64,000 nucleotides of DNA, taken from NCBI GenBank assembly GCA_027315105.1, contig DAHUYP010000024.1, forward strand, positions 2,125 through 66,124, written 5' to 3'. Origin of the DNA: Gammaproteobacteria bacterium. GTDB lineage: Bacteria > Pseudomonadota > Gammaproteobacteria > Steroidobacterales > Steroidobacteraceae. The position numbers were made by a program, and so were the translations under genes. Positions 1 to 10,591 of this stretch are shown here, piece after piece. The notes under the pieces were generated by a model, which worked only from the letters and a program-made list of their open reading frames with translations, did no database searches and was not told the DNA's origin. The first letter of the stretch is position 1. Each line of letters opens with the position of its first letter.

Positions 1-677
<677 letters not shown>

Positions 678-713
678 TTAGAATTCGATCAGACCTATGA
701 AGCAGATGCATAA

Positions 714-1631
714 ATGAAGCGGGAGCACCTGGCTGACCTTGCGGCGTTCGCGACGGTGGCGAGGGAGCGCAGCTTCACGAAGGCCGCTGGACAGCTCGGG
801 ATGACCCAGTCGTCGTTGAGCCACGCGATCCGGCGTCTGGAAGGCAGGCTAGGCCTGCGGCTTCTGAGCCGGACCACACGCAGTGTAGCCCCGACCGAGG
901 CGGGCGAGCGCCTGCTACGAACCCTGCGCCCGGCATTTGAGGGGATCGACGCCGAGCTCGAGGCGCTGACCTCCCTCCGGGAGCGACCCGCCGGCACCAT
1001 CCGGATTTCCACGGCGGAGCACGCGGCGGAGACCGTGCTGATGCCTGCGTTGCAGCGCTTCCTGCTTGCCTATCCGGATGTTCAGGTCGAGGTCACGCTC
1101 GACCACGGGCTGACCGACATTGTGGCCGGACAATTTGATGCCGGCATCCGCCTGGGCGAGCAGGTTGCCAAGGACATGATCGCGGTGCGCGTCGGACCGG
1201 ACATCCGCATGGCTGTCGTGGCCACTCCGGGCTATTTCGACGGCAAGCGAATCCCCAAGACGCCACAGGACTTGCAGGGGCACAACTGCATCAATCTGAG
1301 ATTGCCGACCCGCGGGGGCATCTACCCTTGGGAATTCGAGAAGGGTTCGCGCGAAATCAATGTCCATGTCGAAGGACAGCTCGTGTTCAACACCTTGTGG
1401 ATGCGTTTGCGGGCGGTGAGGGCGGGGCTCGGGATTGCATTCGTCTCCGAGGACACGGTGCAGTCGGACCTGGCCGCCGGCCGGCTGGTGCGTGTGCTCG
1501 CGGATTGGTGTGCGCCGTTTCCCGGCTATCACCTTTACTACCCGAGTCGACGCCACCCGACGCCCGCGTTCTCGCTGTTGCTGGACGCGCTGCGATACCG
1601 TGAACCGGAGCGCCGCAGCCACAGGGCCTGA
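714..1631 (+). CDS. LysR-family transcriptional regulator
   Basis: N-terminal wHTH FTKAAGQLGMTQSSLSHAIRRLEGRLGLRLLSRTTRSVAPTEAGERLL and a LysR-size (305 aa) substrate-binding body. Divergent from the AKR gene, the classic LysR/target layout. ATG at 714. Confidence 0.9.
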   Translation: MKREHLADLAAFATVARERSFTKAAGQLGMTQSSLSHAIRRLEGRLGLRLLSRTTRSVAPTEAGERLLRTLRPAFEGIDAELEALTSLRERPAGTIRISTAEHAAETVLMPALQRFLLAYPDVQVEVTLDHGLTDIVAGQFDAGIRLGEQVAKDMIAVRVGPDIRMAVVATPGYFDGKRIPKTPQDLQGHNCINLRLPTRGGIYPWEFEKGSREINVHVEGQLVFNTLWMRLRAVRAGLGIAFVSEDTVQSDLAAGRLVRVLADWCAPFPGYHLYYPSRRHPTPAFSLLLDALRYREPERRSHRA

Positions 1632-1795
1632 GCGTACAGATTGCGCCGGGTGTCAGTTAACTCACCACCCACAGTGGCTGAAATGTAGCCAGGATTTGGC
1701 CATGCCGCGGCCGATGATGGACCGAGGGCAGCGCGGAGCGATTGCGCGCTTGAGCTACCCATGCGGCTCTCCGGTGAACGCGCCGCGCAAGACGA

Positions 1796-3337
1796 TCAGA
1801 AGGTGACGCGAGCACCGATCGTCGGAGCAAGGTTGCTGTCGTAGTAATAGGGGACGCCGGGGCCGTGAGGAATGGCGATGGCCAGACCACCGCCGACGTC
1901 GGAATACGCAACTCCGGCATAAACGTCAAAACGCTTTGTGAAGTGATGATCCGCATAGAGCGACACCTCGTTGAGAGTGCCTGCGCAGGCGGCGACGACA
2001 CCGGCGGCGCCCCCGCAGCTCCCTGGCACGCGAAAATCGTTCTGCAGCTGTTGGTACCAGGACAAGGTGATTTCGGTCTTGCTGTCGAGAGCGTATTTCA
2101 CGCCGGTCCACCAGATCTGCGCGATCTTTGGAGAATCAAGATTGTTGTCTTCGACGCCGCTCATGATATAGCCGCCCTGATCCGAGGCGCCGACGCCCAA
2201 TGGGTTCGACGGGTTCGTGTACCGGATGTGTTCGTAGCCGCCAAAGAACTTGAATTGGTCCAACGTATACCGGGCAGCGACCATAAGGGCGGAGTTGTCG
2301 GTCACAATGCCATATACGGTATTGGTCGTTCCGACCAGATTGGCTCCGGTGATGGGAATTGTATTGACGCTGTTGAGGGCCGACTGATACGGCTGCGTCG
2401 GACTCGTTGGCCCCAGCAAGGGGTTGAGCACGCTGATGGCCTGGTTGTAATGCTGGTAGACGATATCGACGGAGAGATTGCCGTCTTCTCCTCCGAGGTC
2501 GAAGCCATAAGCGGAGTTGTGCGGATCTTCCGGCGCACAGGTGGCGGCGGTCCAGGTTGAGGATGCGGCGTAGCAGCCGCCCGAACCGTCGGCGAATTTG
2601 TACATCGCGCCGAAATGGACCGGGCCATAAGCGACCCGATACTTTATGGCGTCGTCCCAACGGCTGTCCTCGGTGTCGCCGCCGCCGGCCATCGTGCCGT
2701 TATACCCGATATATGAGAAGGCATAGGCGCCGCCGGCCGGATCGTAAAGCAGCATTGCGTCCGTACCGAGAGAGCGTTGACGACCCAAGGTCAGCGTGCC
2801 GAAATACGTGGACGATATGCCGCCGTAGAATTCGTCATTGAACGGTTGACCCGCGCGCGCGCCGTCGATGACTGCCGAATAGCTGCCCCTCGGAAGGCCG
2901 TTGTTGGCGATGTCCGTGGCTGACGCGTTGGCGAGCTGGCCGGACTGCGGATTGATGCCGGTCGAAGCGTTGAACACAGCGAACCAATCCTGCAGAAACT
3001 CTCCTTTGCCTCTGATGCCCAGACCCGTCTGGGAGAGGTTGTTCGGCTCGATCAGAAAGCGCGATTGATTGCCGTTCCGGTTGACCAGCGATTCACCTTC
3101 ATAGTTGTAGGGGCTCTGTGGTGAACCGTGACTGACCCAGCCCACGCCGACGTCATAAGCGCCGTATAGGGTGATGCCGTGCCAGGTCAGCGTGCAATCG
3201 GTGGTGGCAAACTCGTGGACGCTCTCGCACGGCTCGGCGGCGGCCGGAGGCTGTGGAACATTTTGAGCGCGCGCCGTCTGACTCAAGACGATAGTTGCAG
3301 CAAGCGCCGCAAGGGCGCCCCACGAGACAGACCGCAT
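1796..3337 (-). CDS. outer-membrane porin (large beta-barrel)
   Basis: Signal peptide MRSVSWGALAALAATIVLSQTARA. Gly/Tyr/Asn/Asp-rich alternating beta-strand pattern. C-terminal ...IGARVTF aromatic terminus. Start moved from track start 3424 to internal ATG 3337, preceded by GAGGAAAG. Confidence 0.75.
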   Translation of the reverse strand: MRSVSWGALAALAATIVLSQTARAQNVPQPPAAAEPCESVHEFATTDCTLTWHGITLYGAYDVGVGWVSHGSPQSPYNYEGESLVNRNGNQSRFLIEPNNLSQTGLGIRGKGEFLQDWFAVFNASTGINPQSGQLANASATDIANNGLPRGSYSAVIDGARAGQPFNDEFYGGISSTYFGTLTLGRQRSLGTDAMLLYDPAGGAYAFSYIGYNGTMAGGGDTEDSRWDDAIKYRVAYGPVHFGAMYKFADGSGGCYAASSTWTAATCAPEDPHNSAYGFDLGGEDGNLSVDIVYQHYNQAISVLNPLLGPTSPTQPYQSALNSVNTIPITGANLVGTTNTVYGIVTDNSALMVAARYTLDQFKFFGGYEHIRYTNPSNPLGVGASDQGGYIMSGVEDNNLDSPKIAQIWWTGVKYALDSKTEITLSWYQQLQNDFRVPGSCGGAAGVVAACAGTLNEVSLYADHHFTKRFDVYAGVAYSDVGGGLAIAIPHGPGVPYYYDSNLAPTIGARVTF

Positions 3338-3465
3338 TGTGCTTTCCTCGGAAGGTCGTAACGAAATATTCGGAATCAATCTGAGGACTGCGATGGGTCG
3401 GGTGACGCTTCCGGCAAATTCCACGCGCCCGCCTTCTCGATCGCGCTATATACCAAACTATATAA

Positions 3466-3744
3466 CGCGGTGGCAGGTGCTTCAAGCCGGATGACGATGG
3501 TTTCCTCAAATGGACCACATCCGCCCAGGAGCAGATGCGGCTCGGACTAGGTGTAGCCGGTGAGTGCGAGCCCCTGATCAAGCCCGATGTCTTCGAGCGC
3601 GAAGGCCCTGTGCCGAACGTCGGCTACACCTGCGGAGCGATGCGGCACAACGACCAGATCATCCTGCCCTATGCGGTCGCCGACACCGCTTCCAGATTGG
3701 CGACGATCAAGGTCGCCGCATCGATGGCTGTCATGCAGGGCTGA
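3466..3744 (+). pseudogene. C-terminal stub of a GH130-type (former DUF377) glycosidase/phosphorylase
   Basis: Frame is open from 3466 (first ATG 3535) to the stop at 3744. ..EPLIKPDVFEREGPVPNVGYTCGAMRHNDQIILPYAVADTASRLATIKV resembles by eye the conserved last strands of GH130 enzymes (E..G.vpNVvF.cG...l.iYYG.aDt..lA). Only about 70-90 codons exist and there is no N-terminal remainder upstream. Confidence 0.45.
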
Positions 3745-3843
3745 CAATCGTGTTTCGTCCCGCATGGGGGCGATGTGGGCGGGGAACGGGACGCGCCGGC
3801 CCGGGGGGACTGCGGCGCGACGGCGGGCGTCCGCCACCCGCCC

Positions 3844-4713
3844 TCAGGTGCCGGCGTAACCCGGAACGGCGAAGTGCGCGGTGGGCATGCCGCGCGCCGC
3901 GGCCGCGAACGCATCGGTGATGATCCGGTGCGCGGCGCCCCAGCGATGCTGCGAGTCCAGCAGCACCAGCCAGACGCGATGGCCCGATTGCTCGGCCACG
4001 GCGATCAGGCAGCGCCCGGCGTGCGCGGTGTAGCCGGTCTTGAGGCCGACCACCCCTTCCAGATGTCCGAGCAGCTGATTGGTGTTCCGGAACGCCAGCT
4101 GCCGGCCCGAGCTGGTGCCGAGCGTCGCCCGCTCCTGCGCGACGACGTCCGCAATGCGCGGGTCGGCGTGGGCCGCCCGCGCGAGCCGCAGCAGGTCCGT
4201 GACGGTGGAATACTGGCCGTCGGCGTCGAAGCCGCAGGGGTGCACGAAATGGGAGTCGTGCATGCCGAGCTGCTCGGCACGCTCGTTCATGCGCGCGGCG
4301 AACTCCTGGAGCGAGCCGGCGGCGTTCTCGACCAGCGCCAGGCAGGCGTCGTTGGCCGAGTGCATCAGCATCGCCGCCAGCGCGTCGTCCGCCCGCACGA
4401 GCTCGCCGGTGCGCAGTCCGACTCGCGGCCGGGTCGCGTGCGCGGCATCGTGGCGCACCCACAGCAGCGCATCGGGCTGCCAATCCGAATCCAGCAGCAC
4501 CAGGGCGGTCAGCAGCTTGGTGAGGGAGGCTGGTGCCCGGTGCACGTCCAGGTTGCGGCCCCAGAGCAGCTCGCCGTCGACCACGGCGGCATAGGCGGCC
4601 GCGGCCCGGGGGTACGGATCATGGCTGTAGGCGCGCGGGGTGGCCTGCGCGGTGCCGACAACGGCGATCAGGAGCGCGATCGCCAGACCGCGCAGCAGTT
4701 TGTTCGGGTTCAT
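3844..4713 (-). CDS. D-alanyl-D-alanine carboxypeptidase (peptidase S11, low-MW PBP)
   Basis: Signal peptide MNPNKLLRGLAIALLIAVVGTAQA. SxxK in PASLTKLL, SxN in MHSANDA, KTG in GLKTGYT. Start moved to ATG 4713. Confidence 0.85.
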   Translation of the reverse strand: MNPNKLLRGLAIALLIAVVGTAQATPRAYSHDPYPRAAAAYAAVVDGELLWGRNLDVHRAPASLTKLLTALVLLDSDWQPDALLWVRHDAAHATRPRVGLRTGELVRADDALAAMLMHSANDACLALVENAAGSLQEFAARMNERAEQLGMHDSHFVHPCGFDADGQYSTVTDLLRLARAAHADPRIADVVAQERATLGTSSGRQLAFRNTNQLLGHLEGVVGLKTGYTAHAGRCLIAVAEQSGHRVWLVLLDSQHRWGAAHRIITDAFAAAARGMPTAHFAVPGYAGT

Positions 4714-4869
4714 CGCTGCTCGAACGCATCCCTCCCGCATACCGTGCGCGCAGTCTAGCCGCACCGGCCCGCCGATCATAGATACTGCATCACATCGAAG
4801 TCGCATCGCATCCAGACTGCATCACATCGGCGGGCCGCCGCGCCGCCGCCAGGCGGGCGCCGGCACGCA

Positions 4870-5334
4870 TCAGTCGCGGGAGCGCAGCAGCGCGGCCGCG
4901 GCATGAATCGCGGCGCGAATCTCGTTGTAGGTGCCGCAGCGGCAGATGTTGCCGGCCAGGGCCTGATCGATGTCGGCGTCGGTGGGCTGCGGGTTGGCCG
5001 CCAGCAGCGCCGCGGCGCTCATGATCTGGCCGGACTGGCAATAGCCGCACTGGGGCACGTCGTGCGCCAGCCAGGCCTGCTGCACCGGATGATCGGAGTT
5101 CGGCGACAGGCCCTCGATGGTCGTGACGCGGCGGCCCGCGACCGCCGATACCGGCAGCACGCAGGAGCGGGTGGCGGTGCCGTCCACGTGCACCGTGCAG
5201 GCCCCGCAGAGTGCCGCGCCGCAGCCATACTTGGTGCCCGTGAGCCCGAGCATATCGCGCAGTACCCACAGCAGGGGCGTGTCGGCCGGGACGTCGATGC
5301 TGCGCAACCGGCCGTTCACGGTCAATTGAATCAT
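4870..5334 (-). CDS. (2Fe-2S)-binding small subunit of a molybdopterin hydroxylase (IorA/CoxS-like)
   Basis: MIQLTVNGR.. with Cys clusters [23 protein letters not shown] and CRCGTY. 154 aa. ATG 5334 preceded by GGGGAG. Confidence 0.85.
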   Translation of the reverse strand: MIQLTVNGRLRSIDVPADTPLLWVLRDMLGLTGTKYGCGAALCGACTVHVDGTATRSCVLPVSAVAGRRVTTIEGLSPNSDHPVQQAWLAHDVPQCGYCQSGQIMSAAALLAANPQPTDADIDQALAGNICRCGTYNEIRAAIHAAAALLRSRD

Positions 5335-5462
5335 CGGGCTCCCCTGGATGCGCGAGGCCGGCGAGGGCGTGCTCGGGCGGCGCGGTGCCTGGATCGCCCG
5401 GTAAGCTACCATGAACCAGGGGGGTGGGATGCCGACCCCGTAGCGACGCGAGCCTGAGGATC

Positions 5463-7238
5463 ATGGCGAACATGCTGTTGACGCTGGCCGAACGGTCCGA
5501 CTTCCGCCGCACCGGTCGCAGCGATGAGGTGGAGGCGCTGTGCGCCGCCTTCGCGGGGCGCTGGAGCGAGGCGGTGCGCTCGATCGAGTTCGGTCGCTCG
5601 GCCGAGGGCCGGCCGCTGCGCGCCTTGATCGTCTCGCGCGCCGCGCCGCTGGCGGCGGCCGAGCTGCGCGCGCGCTCGATCCCGCTGCTGCTGGTCCAGG
5701 CCGGCATTCATCCGGGCGAGAGCGACGGCAAGGATGCGGGTTTCATCGCGCTGCGCGAGCTGCTGGCGGGAGATGCGGCGCCGCAGGTGCTCGAACGCAT
5801 CGCGATCCTGTTCGTTCCGGCCTTCAATGTCGACGGCCACGAGCGCAGCGGGCGCTGGAACCGCCCGAATCAGAACGGGCCCGAGGAGACCGGCTGGCGC
5901 ACCACCGCGCGCAACCTGAATCTCAACCGCGACTACACCAAGGCCGACTCGTGCGAGATGCAGGCGCTGCTCGGGCTCGTCAACGAGTGGGATCCGCTCA
6001 TCTGCGCCGATCTGCACGTGACCGACGGGGCGGACTTCCAGCCCGACGTCTCGATCCAGGTCGAGCCGATCAACCAGGGCGACGCGCAGCTGCGCCCGAG
6101 CGCGCTGCGGCTGCGCGACCAACTGATCGCCCGGCTCGCCGCGCAGGGCTCGCTGCCGCTGCCGTTCTATCCGGATCTGGTCCGCACCGACGATCCGGCC
6201 TCGGGCTTCGTGCTCACGGTGTATTCGCCGCGCTTCTCTATCGGCTACTTCGCGCAGCGCAACCGCTTCACGGTCCTGGTCGAGACCCATTCCTGGAAGG
6301 ACTACGCGACGCGCGTGCGCATCACGCGCAATACGCTGGTCGGCCTGTCGGAGCTCACGGCCGAGCATGGTGCGCAGTGGCTGCGCGAGGCGCGCGCCGC
6401 GGATCGCGCCGCCACGGGACTCGCGGGCGAGCGGATGGTGCTCGATTACCGGTCCGCCTGGCGCGAGCCCGGTACGGGCGATCGTGCCGAGCCCGCCGGC
6501 GGCGCGGGCGCGGCACGCACGATCGACTTTCCGGGCTATGCCTACACGCGCCGGCCGTCCGCCATCTCCGGCGCCCTGGTCACGGTCTACGACCCGAGCA
6601 GGCCGCAGATCTGGCGCGTTCCCTACCGCGATCGCGTCGAGCCGTCGTTGAGCGTGCAGGCGCCGCGGGCCGGGTACATCGTTCCGAGCGCCTACGCACA
6701 GGAGGTGGCGGCCAAGCTCGCGCTGCACGGGCTCGCCTGCGCGCGCCTGCAGCCGCGGGCGGGCGATCTGGCGGTCGACGCCTTTCGCGCCTCGCGGGTG
6801 CAGTTCGGCGCCGCGCCGTTCGAGGGCCGCCTGCGCGCGGCGATCGACGGACAGTGGCGCGCGGAGCGGCACGCACTGGCCGCGGGCGCCGTGTTCGTGC
6901 CGATGCAGCAGGCCAACGCGCGCCTGCTGGTGGCGCTGCTCGAGCCGCAGGCGCCTGATTCGCTGGCGGCCTGGGGATTCTTCAATGCCTGCTTCGAGCA
7001 GAAGGAGCAGCTCGAGCCGTACGTGGCCGAGCAGATCGCGCTGGCCATGCTCGATGCGGACGCCGGCCTGCGGCAGGAGTTCGCTCGCCAGCTCGGGCAG
7101 GACAGTGCGTTTGCAGCGGATCCCGGCGCCCGCCTGGAATTCTTCCTGCGCCGCCACGGCTCCTGGGACGCGCGCTACGGGCTCTATCCCATCTTCCGTG
7201 TCGACGTTGCGCCCGAGCTCGCCGCCCCGGGAGGCTGA
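5463..7238 (+). CDS. M14-family zinc carboxypeptidase
   Basis: GIHPGESDGKDAG (HxxE zinc ligands), NLNRDYTKAD, CADLHVTDGADFQ. ATG 5463 with GAGGA upstream. Confidence 0.8.
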   Translation: MANMLLTLAERSDFRRTGRSDEVEALCAAFAGRWSEAVRSIEFGRSAEGRPLRALIVSRAAPLAAAELRARSIPLLLVQAGIHPGESDGKDAGFIALRELLAGDAAPQVLERIAILFVPAFNVDGHERSGRWNRPNQNGPEETGWRTTARNLNLNRDYTKADSCEMQALLGLVNEWDPLICADLHVTDGADFQPDVSIQVEPINQGDAQLRPSALRLRDQLIARLAAQGSLPLPFYPDLVRTDDPASGFVLTVYSPRFSIGYFAQRNRFTVLVETHSWKDYATRVRITRNTLVGLSELTAEHGAQWLREARAADRAATGLAGERMVLDYRSAWREPGTGDRAEPAGGAGAARTIDFPGYAYTRRPSAISGALVTVYDPSRPQIWRVPYRDRVEPSLSVQAPRAGYIVPSAYAQEVAAKLALHGLACARLQPRAGDLAVDAFRASRVQFGAAPFEGRLRAAIDGQWRAERHALAAGAVFVPMQQANARLLVALLEPQAPDSLAAWGFFNACFEQKEQLEPYVAEQIALAMLDADAGLRQEFARQLGQDSAFAADPGARLEFFLRRHGSWDARYGLYPIFRVDVAPELAAPGG

Positions 7239-7274
7239 CGATCCATGCGGCGGCGGCGCGATCGCGTCACGGCA

Positions 7275-7796
7275 TCAGCGCCTCGGCCACATGCGCTCGA
7301 GCACGCCGTCATGGCGCATGAAGCGGTGCCAGAGCGCCGCCAGCGCGTGCAGGCCGGCCAGCGCGAACAGGGCATAGGCCAGATAGCCGTGCAGGTCCTC
7401 GGTCGGATGAAACACGGCGCGGTTGGAGCGCACCCCGAAGTCCACCCGGAACAGCCCGAAGTCGAATGCGCGGGCGTGCCAGACGAAGGTGACGATGCCG
7501 AGCATCGGGATGACGAACATCAGTGCGTAGAGCAGCAGGTGCACGGGAGCGGACAGGCGGCGCGAGACTTCGCCGACCTGCGGCGGCAGGGGCGGCGGCG
7601 CATGGCGCCTGCGCCAGGCAATGCGTACGATGACCAGGAGCCAGACGAGCAGGCCGATCAGGGCGTGGACATTGATCCAGAAGGCCTGGGTGCGCTTCGG
7701 CCACGAGTCGTGCAGCAGCCCCAGCACACCCACCGCAACGATCAGCACCACCATGCTCCAGTGCAACGCGATGGCCCCCGATCCGTAGCGCTGCAT
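7275..7796 (-). CDS. cytochrome b561 family protein (CybB-like)
   Basis: Four TM helices with the conserved histidines (AIALHWSM, NVHALIGLL, PVHLLLYAL, LHALAALWH). Start at internal ATG 7796. Confidence 0.8.
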   Translation of the reverse strand: MQRYGSGAIALHWSMVVLIVAVGVLGLLHDSWPKRTQAFWINVHALIGLLVWLLVIVRIAWRRRHAPPPLPPQVGEVSRRLSAPVHLLLYALMFVIPMLGIVTFVWHARAFDFGLFRVDFGVRSNRAVFHPTEDLHGYLAYALFALAGLHALAALWHRFMRHDGVLERMWPRR

Positions 7797-7974
7797 GCCG
7801 GGCACCTCCCGGCCCGGCCGCGCCGAGCTAGCGTCCATCGGTGGCTGCCGGAGCGTGACTCGCGGCGCAGGCGGCAGGGCAACGCATGGTCATTCCTCAT
7901 CCATAGGTGAGCTCATCCAGGACTGGCCGGCCGCGCTGCGGCGCGCGGCACGACAGCCGGCAACGCGGCCGGCG

Positions 7975-8352
7975 CTATTCGCTCTGCGCGAGTTTGCGCT
8001 CCATGAGTTCGAGCCGGTTGCCGAACGGATCGGCGACGAAGACCCGATCGTAGCCCTCGAGCGCTGCATCGGCGTGCACCTCGATGCCCTGCCGCCGGCA
8101 GCGATCGACGATCTGCGCAAGACCGGTCACGAGCAGACCGGGATGCGCCCTGGTCGCGGCGTGGAACGCCGCATCGACGCCGAGGTGGATCTTGACACGA
8201 TCGCTCTCGAACCAGCAGCCGCCGCGCCCGGCCAGCGCCGGCGGCTTGGGCGTCTCGGGCAGCCCGAGCGCGTCGCGGTAGAACGAGCGGGCGCGCTCCT
8301 CCCCGCCGGCCGGCATCGCGAGCTGTACATGGTCGATTCCAATGATCGGCAT
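7975..8352 (-). CDS. VOC/glyoxalase-family protein
   Basis: MPIIGIDHVQLAMP..EERARSFYRDALGL..VADPFGNRLEL, 125 aa. The 263-aa track ORF is an artificial N-terminal extension. Confidence 0.8.
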   Translation of the reverse strand: MPIIGIDHVQLAMPAGGEERARSFYRDALGLPETPKPPALAGRGGCWFESDRVKIHLGVDAAFHAATRAHPGLLVTGLAQIVDRCRRQGIEVHADAALEGYDRVFVADPFGNRLELMERKLAQSE

Positions 8353-8470
8353 CGGCGCGTCTCCCTGCCGCCGGCAACGTGCAGGCGCAAAATACCACCG
8401 GCACCGGCGAGTGCAAATGGCGCGGCGCAGCCCGCCGCAAAGGCCCGCGCGGGCCCGGCGGCCCGGGCCA

Positions 8471-8962
8471 TCATGAGGGCTTCTGGTCGGGCTGCCCGGT
8501 GCGGTGGAAGCGCCGGCGCTCGTTCCACTGATGGCGGGCGTGCAGCCGCTCGGACTGATCCACGGCTTCCGGCGGCAATTGCTGCAGCGTCCGCAGCGCC
8601 GCGGCGTGGGCCATGACCACCGCAGGGTCCGATTGCATGAGGGAGCGGTAATGGCCGAGAAACTCCTGTTCCACGGGCGCGGCACTGCCGGTGAGCAACT
8701 CCCGCGCATGCGCGCCGATTGCCGCGGCCTCGCTGGCCGGCAGATCGCTCGCATAGGCGAGCGCATGATCGATGTCGGCGATCAGCCGGTACAGCGGCTG
8801 CAGCCACGCCCACTCCGCATCATGTGTGATCTGGCGCAGACGCTCCAACGGCGGGGCCGGCGGCGCGAAGTGGCTTTCCGCCTCCAGCACGGCGGCCAGC
8901 ACGGCCTGCAGGGCGGCGCTGGTCTCGCGCAGGCTGCGCAGCCAGGGATGATCCGACGACAT
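8471..8962 (-). CDS. hypothetical protein (helical, acidic, 163 aa)
   Basis: ATG 8962 preceded by GGGAGG with about 7 nt spacing. High GC3 and no family recognised. The 544-aa track ORF fuses it out of context with desaturase antisense sequence. Confidence 0.55.
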   Translation of the reverse strand: MSSDHPWLRSLRETSAALQAVLAAVLEAESHFAPPAPPLERLRQITHDAEWAWLQPLYRLIADIDHALAYASDLPASEAAAIGAHARELLTGSAAPVEQEFLGHYRSLMQSDPAVVMAHAAALRTLQQLPPEAVDQSERLHARHQWNERRRFHRTGQPDQKPS

Positions 8963-9081
8963 CTCGAGCCTCCCGGTCGCGAAACGGTCCATGGCGGATC
9001 TTACCGTGCTGCCCCGCAGGCGGCACTCGGGTCTACCGGCGGCGGCCGTGCGAAGCCGCCGAGGTAACCGCTCGCGCAGGT

Positions 9082-10254
9082 CTACGAATCGGAACTCCCG
9101 CCACCAGTCGTCGGAACATACCTTCCTTCCAGGACCTGCTGCCGGTACTCGGCCACCGAAATGATCCGCTGCGCGCGCGCGTCCCAGAGAATGTGCTTCA
9201 AGGCGCCGTGCACCTGCGACAGTTTCACGCGGGTGACGTCCGGAAAGAGATGCTGGGATTCCCTGTGACACGCTGCCAGGCAATAGTTGGGAATCCTGGC
9301 GGATAGATGGTGGATGTGATGATAGCCGATGTTGGCGGTAAACCAGTTCAGCCAGCGCGGCAGGATCAGAAAGCTCGTTCCTTTGATCGCGCCGGCCGTG
9401 TGGTCCCAGCGTTGGCTGTCGCTCGCATAGGAGTGCTCGAAATTGTGCTGCACGGTGAACAGGATGATGCCGGCGCCACCGGCAATCGACAGGCTGATCA
9501 AATAGATCGAAAAGAACAGCGCCGTGCCGAGCGCCCAGCTCATCAAGATCCAGGCGCCGAGCAGCACGACATTGTTCCAGAACATATGCCAGTGCTCCTT
9601 GGGCGATTTCCAAAGTCGCGTCTCGAAACTGGCAGCATGCTCGCGCAACGACACGCGTGGCTGCGCCCATTTTCTTGCGGCCATATGGATCACGAGGCCG
9701 AGACTGCCCTTCATCCAGGTGAAGCGCGGGTTGAAAATCAAATATATGAAGCCGGCGATCGGTGCGCCGATGATGCTGCACTTGTGCCTGTACATGCGCC
9801 GTTGCGCGCCGGTCATCGCCGCATACTCGTCCACCGACAGGGTGCCATAGGGCCCGCGGTATCTTTCCCAGTTGCCGTTGTGGGAATGGTGGTAATCGTG
9901 ATGCTTCGACCAGACGTACTGCGGCATGCCCGAGAGGACGCCCAGCAGAAAGCCGATCGCGCGATTGAGCCGCCGGTCGCGAAACAGGCAGCGATGGCCG
10001 CAATCGTGCATCAGCGCAAAGACGCGCAGCAGGAACAGGCTGAGCAGCAGAATTGGAGCCGCGGTGAGCCAGCGAGAAGCGCCGGCACACAGGACGGCGA
10101 CCCACCAGAGGAGCGCCAACGGCACCAGCGTCGTCAGCGTTTGCGTCAATCCCTTAACATCATCCGGCTTGGTGTGCGGACCAATGATGGCCCGGCTTTG
10201 CTGCTTGATACGTTCGATCGACGATACGATATGGCACCGCGCGGCTGCAGACAT
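9082..10254 (-). CDS. membrane fatty-acid desaturase
   Basis: Three histidine boxes (HDCGH, HHDYHHSH, HHIHHL) and hydrophobic TM segments. 390 aa. Confidence 0.85.
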   Translation of the reverse strand: MSAAARCHIVSSIERIKQQSRAIIGPHTKPDDVKGLTQTLTTLVPLALLWWVAVLCAGASRWLTAAPILLLSLFLLRVFALMHDCGHRCLFRDRRLNRAIGFLLGVLSGMPQYVWSKHHDYHHSHNGNWERYRGPYGTLSVDEYAAMTGAQRRMYRHKCSIIGAPIAGFIYLIFNPRFTWMKGSLGLVIHMAARKWAQPRVSLREHAASFETRLWKSPKEHWHMFWNNVVLLGAWILMSWALGTALFFSIYLISLSIAGGAGIILFTVQHNFEHSYASDSQRWDHTAGAIKGTSFLILPRWLNWFTANIGYHHIHHLSARIPNYCLAACHRESQHLFPDVTRVKLSQVHGALKHILWDARAQRIISVAEYRQQVLEGRYVPTTGGGSSDS

Positions 10255-10591
10255 GGATGTGATGGGGACGCCGGCTGCAGTCTAGCAGAGGGACATTTCG
10301 CCGTGGTGCCCGATGGTCGAGCGATGAATCGTGCGTCGGTGCGGCCGGGCATACGGCCAGGCTGCTGGTCGGGCCGGGAGGCGCCACCGATGTCCGTGCG
10401 CAATGCCGCCATGGGTGCACGGGGTTGCCGCCCCGGTGCCGGCGCGCCGGCGCCATTGGGCCGCGGCGGCGGGTGCGGCGCTCGAGCCGGCCGGTAGCGC
10501 GCGTGCCCGGCGGACGGCGCCGCCGCCGTGCTTCCAGGCCGTCCTGCTATGCTTATGCCTGTCGGCCCCGGATCCGGGCGGGAGGATAACC

